Below, piece after piece: positions 35,906 to 45,519 of a DNA stretch of 64,000 bases. The DNA is taken from positions 104,585-168,584 of IMG/VR virus record IMGVR_UViG_3300009500_000011; one strand, written 5' to 3'. Position 1 is the stretch's first letter. Each line of letters begins with the position of its first letter. This DNA comes from a virus (Duplodnaviria; Heunggongvirae; Uroviricota; Caudoviricetes). Under the pieces are notes generated by a model. It ran no database searches and had not been told where the DNA came from. It saw only the letters and a program-made list of their open reading frames with translations. The translations under genes and the position numbers were made by a program.

Positions 35906-36149
35906 TAAAACAGATTTATGTTTAAAGGCTTGGTTCTTTGCTTTTAATGTCGGAGATAGAATTTCTTTCACTTATAATAGCGCAGAATGTCAAGGCGAAA
36001 TTATTGAAATTCTCTATCAAACAGAATCAGATAATGAATTTGTAGCAGCCGTTAGCTTCTGTAATGATTGGCCAGCACTTGGTAATAGTACGCAGGTGAC
36101 ACTCACTAACAGTAATAACCTTAAATTACTTTATCCTCAAAATTGGTAA
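35895..36149 (+). CDS. small protein paralogous to the C-terminal domain of the 1111-aa repeat protein (both end ...PQNW)
   Basis: VGDRISFTYNSAECQGEII ... FCNDWPALG ... YPQNW vs IGQRVKFRYNGALCQGKII ... FCSNWKAIG ... NPQNW. Confidence 0.55.
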   Translation: MQNNKTDLCLKAWFFAFNVGDRISFTYNSAECQGEIIEILYQTESDNEFVAAVSFCNDWPALGNSTQVTLTNSNNLKLLYPQNW

Positions 36150-36233
36150 ATAATTAAACCACTTGAGTATAGTATACTTGTGTGGCCATAACTATTATAT
36201 CATGGCTTAATTTTGAAGGAGTATTTAAATTTT

Positions 36234-36779
36234 ATGTTCGAAAAACTAAAAACTTTTTTAAGCGTTGCCTATGATGTAATTCGCGGACGCGCTTTAGTAG
36301 AAACGCTTCATCCACGTAAACGTAATAAAGTTCGTTTGGAAATTATTCGTGCTGATGGCACAAGAGAATTACTTTCCGCAGGATGCAATAGTCGTGTAAA
36401 TAGCGGAGCAAACTGGCAAGCTTCACTTATGGGAAGTGCCGCAGGTACACCAGCAAATTATATGGCCCTTTCAACGGCAACATTATCTCCTGCTCTTACA
36501 GATACTTCACTTACCGGAGAAATTACTTCAGGTACAAATGCTGGACTTGCAAGAACACAAGCAACATATCAAAACTATACAGCACCAACAACCTTGGGCG
36601 GTCCTGCTTCATATCAATTGCAACATACATTTACTTCTTCAGCAACCGCTACAGTAAATAGTGCTGCTCTTTTTAATGCGTCTTCTTCTGGAACAATGTT
36701 CGTTGAAGCAAACCTTTCCCCCTCTGCCACACTTGCTTCTGGGGACCAGATAGTTTTAACGTGGAGTGTTCAAATTTAA
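36234..36779 (+). CDS. probable virion structural protein (Ser/Thr/Ala-rich)
   Basis: RBS AAGGAGtatttaaattttATG at 36234 (track start 36213 less likely). Confidence 0.5.
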   Translation: MFEKLKTFLSVAYDVIRGRALVETLHPRKRNKVRLEIIRADGTRELLSAGCNSRVNSGANWQASLMGSAAGTPANYMALSTATLSPALTDTSLTGEITSGTNAGLARTQATYQNYTAPTTLGGPASYQLQHTFTSSATATVNSAALFNASSSGTMFVEANLSPSATLASGDQIVLTWSVQI

Positions 36780-36826
36780 TAATTAATCAATGTTAGGTAA
36801 TTGTTAAATTTGACTTTCTATATTTT

Positions 36827-37306
36827 TTGTTATATGATTCTATCATGGAAGATATGAATTTATTCAAAAAATGTGGTCATTGCAAATTAGTTTATCGTAA
36901 AACTTTCTTTTTTAATAATAAAGCAAGATATGATGGATTAAGTAGTCAATGCAAAAAGTGCCATCAAGAAGACACTACCAAACGATATAATTCATTAAAA
37001 CAAAAATGTTTTGAAAAATATGGTGGTAAATGTATAAAATGTGGCGATACTGATAGTCGAGTTCTTCAATTTGACCATATAAATGGTGGTGGTGCAAAAG
37101 AATTAAAAAGTCAAATTTTTGGCGGAACTTATGTACCTTCTACTTACTTTCAAAAAGTTTTAAAAGATACTACAAATAAATTTCAATTATTATGTGTAAG
37201 ATGTAATTGGATAAAGAGACATGAGGAACGTGAGCAGTTTACTCGTCTGAATGAGCAGCCAATTACAGGTGAATTACTTCAAAGGTTTATAGAATATAGG
37301 GGCTAA
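36827..37306 (+). CDS. HNH homing endonuclease (paralog 2 of 3), inserted between structural genes
   Basis: Cys4 finger; DHINGGG; CVRCNWIKRHE. Confidence 0.7.
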   Translation: MLYDSIMEDMNLFKKCGHCKLVYRKTFFFNNKARYDGLSSQCKKCHQEDTTKRYNSLKQKCFEKYGGKCIKCGDTDSRVLQFDHINGGGAKELKSQIFGGTYVPSTYFQKVLKDTTNKFQLLCVRCNWIKRHEEREQFTRLNEQPITGELLQRFIEYRG

Positions 37307-37310
37307 TTAA

Positions 37311-40300
37311 ATGCCAGAAGGCTTTGTTTCAGTCCCAGATAATAGTGATGCAAGTATAACAGTTAAGGTAGTTGATACAAATGAAATAAGCATTATATCA
37401 ACTACCTTAACCACAGCAGTTACAGGTGCAGGTATATTTACCGTAACGCCTGCATCTATTACTGGAATTGGTATCGGAACACCATTAATTGTTGACACTC
37501 TTGTAAGTGGTGTACAAGAATCTGTCAATGTTCTTTCTATTGTTGGTTCAAGTTTTTCTGCAAAATTTGCATATGCTCATGCTTCAGGTGTTCCATTAGT
37601 ATTAAATGTAGAGCGCCAGAATATGAGTATAGCAGACCCAACAACTTATGGCAATATTGCTAAGGTTGCAAGTGGTACTGCATCTATAACTGATATTGGT
37701 TTAACTGTAAGACCTATTCCTACTTCGATTCCTGCTGGGACAAATACCATTGGAAATGTTGCTATAACTAGTCCTAATGGTGCTGCTGCTGGTATATATG
37801 GCCTTGTTAATCCTTATGGTACTACTCGTATTAGTGGAGAGCCAATAGGTTTATTTACTGATACTTTTGATGGTACAACTTTTGATACTGTAAATCGTTG
37901 GAATACGCCTACTGTGGTTAATGGTGGTGCATATTCACAAAATAATGGAGATTTAAGTTTAACAACTGGTCTTACTGCTAATGCTCAATCTATTGTTACA
38001 TCGCAACCAAATTTTGTGCATGTAGGTAGTAGTTTTCTTGAATATACAACAGTTGTTCAATTAGAATCTAGTCCAATAGCTACAGGTTGTCATCGTTATT
38101 GGGGAACAGGAACTTCTCCAACAGTTATTTCTGCGACAAACCCTGTTCAAAATGGATATGGATTTGAAGTAACAACTACAGGAACAATGAATGCAGTTGT
38201 TTATGCATCTGGAACTAAAGTTGGTTCTTATCCATTATCTATTCCAACGGATGGACTTCCACATAGATATGCAATTATTATTCGTTCAGATGTTGTTTTT
38301 TATTATGTAGATAACATCGAAGTTCCAGTTGCCGAATTTATGTTTGTTTTACCATCTGTACAAACTCTACCAATAAGATTTCATATTTTAAATGGAACTT
38401 CTGCTTTAACAAAAGCGCCAATTCTTTATGCTTATGGTGTTGCTATGTCCGATACGGCAGAAAATTCATCTGCTATTTCTGATGGTACTTATCCTTGGCG
38501 TAAGGCTTCTGTTGAAAATATAAATCCTAGTTCATCTGATTATGGGTTAGTAACTAGAAATATTCCCAATAGTACATCTAATCAAGCAATCGTTTCAAAT
38601 GATTTATCTACGACAGGAACTATACAAAATTTAAATGATACTGTTTCTTTAACATTAAATGGTATATCAAGTTGGATTGCTGAATTACAAGGAACTTGGA
38701 CAGGAACAGTACAATTTGAAGCATCAATTGATGGTATTAATTTTGTACCATTACGCGGCAGACAAAGTGGTATGGGTGGAAACACTATACTTTCAACTCA
38801 GGTTACAAGTACAAATGGGTATTGGCGTGGTAATGCTGCTGGGTTTAATATTTTTAGAGTACGTGCAATAACTGCTTTAACTGGTCCTGCAACTATAAAT
38901 ATTAAAGCAAGCATTGGTACAGATGCTGTCTTTTTAGATGCAGGTTTACCTCCAGGAACTGATTATATCGGTCAGGTTGGAGGAACTACCACAACATATC
39001 CTGTTACAGCCGGTGCAGTAATTACAACTACTCCAGGAACTACTGGTGTATCCGTTTATTCAGATACATATGGTAATATGAGAACTATTGTTTCTGATTA
39101 TGTTCAAACAGGAACACTTGTTAATTTAAATGATACTATTGTTGTAAATCAAAATGGTGGTTATACTGCTTGGAATGTATCATTATCTGGAACTTGGACT
39201 GGCGTAGTAACTTTTGAAGGTTCAGTAGATGGTACTAATTGGCAATCTATTACGGGTAGATTAGCCGGTGTAGAAAGTGGTCCTTTATATAATTCAACAG
39301 GTCTTAACGGTGTGTATAGAGGAAATGCTGCTGGTCTTCAATTCAGAGTAAGATTAAGTGCTATAACTAGCGGAAGTGTTACTGTTACAATTCGTTTAGG
39401 TCAAGGACCTTATGGAGTTTTCTTAAATTCTGCATTACCTGTTGGAACTAATAATATCGGTAGTATTTCTACTAGCACATTTCCTTCAACAGGCGTAAAC
39501 AATGCCCCAGGTACAGTTGGACAGACGCTATTATCTGATAGTGACGGTTCATTAAGAATACATGCTGCTGATATTTATTCTTCGGGAACAATTAATACAT
39601 TAGGCGCTACTGTTCAAATACAACCTGTTGGTCATGCTACTGCTTTAATTAATATTCAAGGAAGTTTTGTTGGTACGTTTCAATTTGAAGTTTCATTAGA
39701 TAGTTTAACGTATTATCCTATTGAAGTCAAACAAGTAGGTGTTTCAACAACGACATTATTAACAACCTCTAATGTTGGTGGAATTTTTAGAGGAAATATT
39801 GCCGGGGCTTTATATTTTCGTGTTCGCGCAACAAGTTGGACTTCAGGAAGTGCTACAGTTTATATTAACGGTTCACATGCTACTGCCCCTGTATTTTTAG
39901 ATGCTGGTCTTCCTATAGGTACAAATAACCTTGGAAGCACACAATTAGCGGACGGAACAAATAGTTCTCAATTAGCCAAGGTAACATCTGATGGGGCTCA
40001 ACTTGTTGCTATAGATTCAACAACATCATTGCCTGCTGGAACTAATTCAATTGGAAATGTTACATTAAATAACGACCTTACCTATACTGGAACTATTCTT
40101 GCCGGAACACAATTAAGCCATATTATTATACCTTTAAATGGTGCTAATACTATCGGTGTTAGCTGGACAAATAACAGTACAAATGCTATTTTACAATTTC
40201 AAGCAAGTGTTGATGGAGTAAACTATGTAGGTATTGTTCCTTATGAATCAAGTGTTTTGAATTCTTATGTTTCTACAGTATCGTCAGTATTATTTAACGG

Positions 40301-40886
40301 GCGTGTAAGTGTTGCTGGTTATAGTTACTTTAGAATTAGTAATCAATCCGCAACAGGTAGTGTTGGTTCAAATACAATCAATGTTAATTTTACTGTTAGT
40401 GGTAATTCTTCTATTGTAACTCTTGTAGACCCTATTCCACCTGGTACAAATGCTATCGGTACTGTTGGAGTAACAGCATTGCCATCAATACCTGCTGGTG
40501 GTAATACAATTGGAAATGTAAAATTAGTTGATACTGCTGGAAGCAATCAAGCTTCTGTAAATACAAATGGTTCTCTTTCGGTTTTATCTTACAATGATTC
40601 AACTACGACATATTATTATGCTACCGCAGCTAGTGCAAATGTTCTTGTTAAAAATGGTCCCGGCAGATTAATCTCTGTTACTGTTTTTAGTGCAAGTACA
40701 GGCATTTATGGTATTCTTTTTGATACTAATGGAACTCCAGTAGCAGGAACAACCACTCCATTAGTTGTTATACCTGCTTATGCCCCGGCAGGATATACAG
40801 TTTTTTGTGATATTCCTTTTGCAAATGGTTTGACTATTTTTGGAACCGGCTCAACCGGACCTACATATACTGTAAATTATCGTTAA
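37311..40886 (+). CDS. tail fibre / receptor-binding-like protein with four internal ~110-aa domain repeats
   Basis: Gly/Thr/Ser-rich 1191 aa; repeated WTGTVQFEASIDG..N...RGNAAG..FRVRA modules each preceded by LPxGTNxIG motifs. Confidence 0.6.
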   Translation: MPEGFVSVPDNSDASITVKVVDTNEISIISTTLTTAVTGAGIFTVTPASITGIGIGTPLIVDTLVSGVQESVNVLSIVGSSFSAKFAYAHASGVPLVLNVERQNMSIADPTTYGNIAKVASGTASITDIGLTVRPIPTSIPAGTNTIGNVAITSPNGAAAGIYGLVNPYGTTRISGEPIGLFTDTFDGTTFDTVNRWNTPTVVNGGAYSQNNGDLSLTTGLTANAQSIVTSQPNFVHVGSSFLEYTTVVQLESSPIATGCHRYWGTGTSPTVISATNPVQNGYGFEVTTTGTMNAVVYASGTKVGSYPLSIPTDGLPHRYAIIIRSDVVFYYVDNIEVPVAEFMFVLPSVQTLPIRFHILNGTSALTKAPILYAYGVAMSDTAENSSAISDGTYPWRKASVENINPSSSDYGLVTRNIPNSTSNQAIVSNDLSTTGTIQNLNDTVSLTLNGISSWIAELQGTWTGTVQFEASIDGINFVPLRGRQSGMGGNTILSTQVTSTNGYWRGNAAGFNIFRVRAITALTGPATINIKASIGTDAVFLDAGLPPGTDYIGQVGGTTTTYPVTAGAVITTTPGTTGVSVYSDTYGNMRTIVSDYVQTGTLVNLNDTIVVNQNGGYTAWNVSLSGTWTGVVTFEGSVDGTNWQSITGRLAGVESGPLYNSTGLNGVYRGNAAGLQFRVRLSAITSGSVTVTIRLGQGPYGVFLNSALPVGTNNIGSISTSTFPSTGVNNAPGTVGQTLLSDSDGSLRIHAADIYSSGTINTLGATVQIQPVGHATALINIQGSFVGTFQFEVSLDSLTYYPIEVKQVGVSTTTLLTTSNVGGIFRGNIAGALYFRVRATSWTSGSATVYINGSHATAPVFLDAGLPIGTNNLGSTQLADGTNSSQLAKVTSDGAQLVAIDSTTSLPAGTNSIGNVTLNNDLTYTGTILAGTQLSHIIIPLNGANTIGVSWTNNSTNAILQFQASVDGVNYVGIVPYESSVLNSYVSTVSSVLFNGRVSVAGYSYFRISNQSATGSVGSNTINVNFTVSGNSSIVTLVDPIPPGTNAIGTVGVTALPSIPAGGNTIGNVKLVDTAGSNQASVNTNGSLSVLSYNDSTTTYYYATAASANVLVKNGPGRLISVTVFSASTGIYGILFDTNGTPVAGTTTPLVVIPAYAPAGYTVFCDIPFANGLTIFGTGSTGPTYTVNYR

Positions 40887-40892
40887 TAAATT

Positions 40893-41540
40893 ATGCCTGG
40901 TTTACAAACGTTATATCTTACAAACACAGAATCCGTTATAACACCTGTTACTTCAATAAAACAGATGAATTTAGCATATGGTACAGCAAGTGATTCGTCT
41001 ACAAAAGTTGTTAATACAGCAAGTGGAACATATCAATTTATTCCAGCAAATGCTGCTAATGGAACTGCTGCAACTGTAAGCACTTCGCCGACTTCTAAAG
41101 GTTGGATATTTGAAAATACAATACCAGGGAGATATTGGCCTGGAACATGGACAATTCAGGCTTATGTTGCTTGTTCAAATAGTGGAGTTTGGACAGGTGA
41201 AACAGGGAATCTTGAAGCAAAATTTTATATTGTAACTCCAGGAACAACCACCGTTACAGAATATGCTGGTAATGCAAGCGGTACATTTACGTCAACAGCA
41301 CAAAATTTATCAGCAAATAATTTTACATTTTCTTCAAATTTAACTGTTAATCAATTTTTTTACATTTATCCAACTGCTTTATTATATGTAGAGCTTTATT
41401 GGGTTCTTGCCAATAATGCTTTTACTACAACAACTGCTTTATGGTTGGATTCACCAAACACATTTATTAAAACTTCATTTTTTGAAGAATATACAAATTT
41501 CAATTATCAAACTAGAAGAAGAACAGGAATGGGGAATTAA
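40893..41540 (+). CDS. virion structural protein (Thr-rich)
   Basis: ORF track; composition like neighbouring fibre genes. Confidence 0.5.
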   Translation: MPGLQTLYLTNTESVITPVTSIKQMNLAYGTASDSSTKVVNTASGTYQFIPANAANGTAATVSTSPTSKGWIFENTIPGRYWPGTWTIQAYVACSNSGVWTGETGNLEAKFYIVTPGTTTVTEYAGNASGTFTSTAQNLSANNFTFSSNLTVNQFFYIYPTALLYVELYWVLANNAFTTTTALWLDSPNTFIKTSFFEEYTNFNYQTRRRTGMGN

Positions 41541-41542
41541 AA

Positions 41543-44500
41543 ATGTCGCTACTCTTGTTGTATAACCGTAAACTTTTTCAGTCTACATTAACTAATTCTA
41601 ATTTAACTTCTGATTCAAATTCAAGAAAAACTTATTTTTCAAGAACTAATGTAGATTCAAGTTTGTTTTCTGATTCTTCTGCTAGAAGTGCAAATTATAA
41701 TAGAGCATCATCAGATATATTCAACTTATCTGATAGTCTTTTGCGTAATACGTTTTATGCACGTAGTTTTCAAGAAATATATTCTTTTTTCGATTCATTA
41801 AATAGACAAGTTGATAACAGTAGAAGTGAATCAGAAATTTTTAGTACGATTGATATTCAAAATTTATCACGATTTTATAATCGTTCATCCACAGATTCTT
41901 TTAATTTTTCTGATAGTAATTCTCGGTTTTTAGATTTTGCTCGTCTTCAATCTGATGTTTTAATTTTTAATGACTTAATTAATCGTTCCACTAATGTAAA
42001 TCGTTCTATAACCGACCAATCTATAGAGATAGATTCTTTAACAAGACAAATTATTGATAATCGCCAAACTTCGGACGTATTCAATACTATTTTATCTTTT
42101 ACAGAACAGCAGTTTTTATCTAGGTCAACTACCGATGGATTAAGTTCTTTTACAGATTCTTCATCGTATAGTCGAGTTTTGCCACGTTCTGTTATGGATA
42201 CTTTTAGTTTTTCGGATTCAAATTCTATTTCTCAATTACTTCTAAGAACATTTAGTGAAAGTTATTCTTTCAATGATGTTCTTAGTAATTCTGGAACTCA
42301 TATCGCTTTTTTAAGTGATGTATTAACAAATTTTGTAGATTCAATAAGCGCCGAACAGTTTGTTTCAAGAACAATGTCTGATAATCTAACGACATTAGAT
42401 TTAGTAACTTCAGTTAAGACTTTTTATAGATTAAATTCAGATAATACTAACTTTGCAGATGCTATCTCTTCTGCTAATATTTTAAATAGATTTAATATTC
42501 AAAATTTAAATTTTAATGATTCACTTAATAATCAAAATATTTTTAATAGAAATAATAGTGATTTAGTTAATAATTTTAATGATTCCACTTTAATATCTCA
42601 ATTTTTAAATCGAACCTCAAATGAGGTGTTTTCAACATCTGATATTTTATCTTTGGCGCAATTTTTGTCTCGTAATCCAACAGATATTCTTACAACGTTA
42701 GATAATAACGGTAGAAATATCTTTATTTCTAAATCAGTAATTGATTCTATTTTAACTTTCGATAGTCTTCAAAGCACGAAGATTGCTAATTTAAATCTTC
42801 AAGAAACATTTAGCTTTAGTGATGTTCTTTTAAGAAATATTATAGATTTCCGTACAAATTCAGACAGTTTTGCGTTTGTTGATTTTGTCAATAATTATAA
42901 TATATTTACAAAATCAATTGTTGAATCTTTCCAAACAAATGATTTGCTAACAAGGGAGTATATCTCAAATCAAAATCTTCAAGAAAACTTTAATTTTTTA
43001 GATATATTATCTGAAAGTCAATTTTTACAAAGACAATGTTCAGAACAATTTAATTTTATTGATGGTATATTGAGAGAAGTAATCATTAATAGGGCCATGA
43101 ACGAAACTCTATTGGAATCAGATGACATTACTACTGCTTTAGTTTTCTTTAGGAATATAAATGAACAATTCTCTACCGCAGCATCTGTAAGTTATGTACA
43201 TTCATTCGTTAGAAATTTGTTAGAAAATTTTGCAACTTCTAATTCCATTAGCAGGGCTCTTATTTCTCCAAGAAATACTTCTGATTTCTTTAATCAAATT
43301 GTCGATACTTTAAATTCATATAAAATTGCCAATTTTAATCTTGATGAAACTTTTGCATTTAATGATTCTTTATCTCAAATGTCTCTGGTTTTTAGGAATT
43401 TTTCAGATTTATTTAGTTTTTTTGATTTTACAACAAGTAATGCAATAATTCCTAGAAATATTGAAGAATCATATCCTATAAGTGATTCATTGTCCAATAA
43501 CAATTTGTTTTCAAGACTTTTCGAAGAAGAATTTAATTTTACTGATGCTGTTAATATAAGTCAGAGTTTGGCGCGTCAATTCTTAGATAGTTTTATTTTT
43601 TTTGATAATGTTTCAACAAATAGTTCAGGCGGTTTGTTTTTAAGAGTAATATCAGATGTTTTAAATACTAATGATTCTAGTGAAATAAATCAATTTTTAA
43701 ATCGTGAAAATACCGATACATCATTAACTAGTGATTCGCTCCAAAACTCCAATATTTTAAATAGACAATTTCAAGACTTATTAAGTATAGCAGATACCTT
43801 AACTTCTACTAATGAATTTAATAGATTTTTTTCTGATTTGTTGCAAACTAATGATGCTGCAAATTCAAATTACGTTTATAATTCAAATTTATCTGATAAT
43901 TTAAACACAAGTGATTCGCTAAATAGATTTTTTCTAAATATTGCAAACTTAGCAGAAACATTTACAACAACAGATTCCAACTCCAGAGAATCTATTTTGG
44001 CGCGAAGTCTATCTGAAACATTTTCTCTATTGGATTTATTAACTAGAGTTTTATCTAAAGTAAGGTTATTAAACGATAATCTTCCCTTTACTTTTGATTC
44101 ACTTGCAACATATAGTACGTTTTTTAGAGAACTGCAAGAAGAGTATATATCATCCGAAGAATTAATTAACGAATCTATTTATAAAAGGCAACTTGAAAAT
44201 ACATTTACAACTTTGGATGAGTTGATGCGTGTTTTACTTATTGCTAGGGAAGTATTTGAAGTCGGAGAAATATCAGATACTGTTGCAAGTAAAGCAGTTA
44301 TTCTAAGATTTGTAGAAGAATTTTTTGAATTAGTAGATAATATTGCCTTAAATCAAAGAATTAATCGTAGTTCTGAGTATCAAAGTAACTTCTCGGATAT
44401 TCTAAATAGAGAAGTTATATTAGAAAGATTTTTGTCTGATTCAAGTCAATTTTTTGACAATTCTTTACTTCAAAAAGTTGGTGCAAGATTTTTCGTTAAT

Positions 44501-44878
44501 TTATTTGATGAATACTCATTTACTGATGAACTTATTGGGACAAGTTTGTTAGAAAGATTTTCTCAGGACATATTACAAACAGCCGATGAAGTTGCTCGTT
44601 TAGTAAATAATAATAGAAGTGTAGAAGAAATTTTTGAATTCTTAGATATTGCTTCGCGTAAACCAGTATTTAAAATTGGTCAAAGAGTTAAATTCAGATA
44701 TAATGGTGCCTTATGTCAAGGTAAAATTATTTTAAGATATTATGCAACAAATCCTAGTGAAGGCATTAGATATCAAGTTAATGTTGATTTTTGTAGTAAT
44801 TGGAAAGCAATTGGAAAAACAACACGAATTGATGTAGATTTAAATGATTTATTATCAATTAATCCTCAGAATTGGTAA
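41543..44878 (+). CDS. giant tandem-repeat protein (~50 copies of a ~21-aa unit) with C-terminal PQNW domain
   Basis: repeating ...SDxFxFxDSLxRxxxxxRxxx... units across >1000 aa; unique C-terminal 80 aa shared with ORF 35895. Confidence 0.6.
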   Translation: MSLLLLYNRKLFQSTLTNSNLTSDSNSRKTYFSRTNVDSSLFSDSSARSANYNRASSDIFNLSDSLLRNTFYARSFQEIYSFFDSLNRQVDNSRSESEIFSTIDIQNLSRFYNRSSTDSFNFSDSNSRFLDFARLQSDVLIFNDLINRSTNVNRSITDQSIEIDSLTRQIIDNRQTSDVFNTILSFTEQQFLSRSTTDGLSSFTDSSSYSRVLPRSVMDTFSFSDSNSISQLLLRTFSESYSFNDVLSNSGTHIAFLSDVLTNFVDSISAEQFVSRTMSDNLTTLDLVTSVKTFYRLNSDNTNFADAISSANILNRFNIQNLNFNDSLNNQNIFNRNNSDLVNNFNDSTLISQFLNRTSNEVFSTSDILSLAQFLSRNPTDILTTLDNNGRNIFISKSVIDSILTFDSLQSTKIANLNLQETFSFSDVLLRNIIDFRTNSDSFAFVDFVNNYNIFTKSIVESFQTNDLLTREYISNQNLQENFNFLDILSESQFLQRQCSEQFNFIDGILREVIINRAMNETLLESDDITTALVFFRNINEQFSTAASVSYVHSFVRNLLENFATSNSISRALISPRNTSDFFNQIVDTLNSYKIANFNLDETFAFNDSLSQMSLVFRNFSDLFSFFDFTTSNAIIPRNIEESYPISDSLSNNNLFSRLFEEEFNFTDAVNISQSLARQFLDSFIFFDNVSTNSSGGLFLRVISDVLNTNDSSEINQFLNRENTDTSLTSDSLQNSNILNRQFQDLLSIADTLTSTNEFNRFFSDLLQTNDAANSNYVYNSNLSDNLNTSDSLNRFFLNIANLAETFTTTDSNSRESILARSLSETFSLLDLLTRVLSKVRLLNDNLPFTFDSLATYSTFFRELQEEYISSEELINESIYKRQLENTFTTLDELMRVLLIAREVFEVGEISDTVASKAVILRFVEEFFELVDNIALNQRINRSSEYQSNFSDILNREVILERFLSDSSQFFDNSLLQKVGARFFVNLFDEYSFTDELIGTSLLERFSQDILQTADEVARLVNNNRSVEEIFEFLDIASRKPVFKIGQRVKFRYNGALCQGKIILRYYATNPSEGIRYQVNVDFCSNWKAIGKTTRIDVDLNDLLSINPQNW

Positions 44879-44904
44879 CTTTACAGTTTCTTTACATAGC
44901 ATTG

Positions 44905-44933
44905 TTGCAAATATTGGTATGCTTGTCTATAAT
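44905..44933 (+). promoter_or_regulatory. sigma70 promoter TTGCAA-17-TATAAT
   Basis: ttgcaa atattggtatgcttgtc tataat at the start of the ORF-free region. Confidence 0.6.
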
Positions 44934-45036
44934 CTCTAATAGAGTTGAAGCTGAAGGAAACGAAGCAGGTGGTTTAAATGCCATCGGAAGCAAGTGCAAG
45001 TCTTGCCATCTCTGCCATAAAAAACTAAATAAATTT

Positions 45037-45078
45037 GAGTTGCGTTAGAGTACGGTTACTTCTTAATTGACATATACC
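45037..45078 (+). repeat. motif copy R1 GAGTTGCGTTAGAGTACGGTTACTTCTTA
   Basis: aligned by eye with 45278, 45367 and 17238. Confidence 0.5.
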
Positions 45079-45277
45079 TAATGTCCCACCTCAATAAAGG
45101 AGTAAAATCTTTTATTGGGCTAGTCACCTGAGTCGTGGTGAGACGCATTGTGCAAATGTTAGTGGAGGCTCGTAAAATAAGCCTAGAACTAAAAATTCTT
45201 AGACTTAAGATGTAAAAATCAAAAGTCGGTCCCGTACTTGCCCTCTTCTCTCAAATTTATTTTAAAAATTAAAAACT

Positions 45278-45312
45278 TGGGTTGCGACAGATTACAGATA
45301 CTTCTTATATGG
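45278..45312 (+). repeat. motif copy R2 GGGTTGCGACAGATTACAGATACTTCTTA
   Basis: shares TTGCG...TA.A...(A/G)(A/T)TACTTCTT with R1/R3. Confidence 0.5.
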
Positions 45313-45366
45313 AATAAAAAAGCTGTATTCGCTACCTTCTCCCGAGTATAAATTTTATAATATTTA

Positions 45367-45440
45367 AATTGCGTTAATTACAGATACTTCTTGTATATTG
45401 GTTCGAGTCCATTAAGTGTAGTCGGTACACAACTGTAGTT
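45367..45440 (+). repeat. motif copy R3 AATTGCGTTAATTACAGATACTTCTTG followed by T-arm mimic and 3' complement (aattacag / ctgtagtt)
   Basis: 5' aattacag pairs with 3' ctgtagtt (8 bp, one G-U) enclosing ggttcgagtcc. Confidence 0.5.
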
Positions 45441-45465
45441 GTTCCATTCGTTTAAATTTTATTTA

Positions 45466-45499
45466 ATCCTTGGGAATATATTTCTCAAGGATTTTTTTG
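45466..45499 (+). terminator. intrinsic terminator
   Basis: atccttgggaatatatttctcaaggattttttt. Confidence 0.65.
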
Positions 45500-45519
45500 T
45501 TGTCATAAAGGAAAAAAGA

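Larger units (their letters stand above)
44940..45499 (+). ncRNA. ~560-nt non-coding transcript unit upstream of the Ro60 gene: candidate Y-RNA-like RNA(s)
   Basis: no ORF; promoter at 44905; three copies of a conserved motif; T-arm mimic tattggttcgagtccatta; terminator at 45466. Confidence 0.5.
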
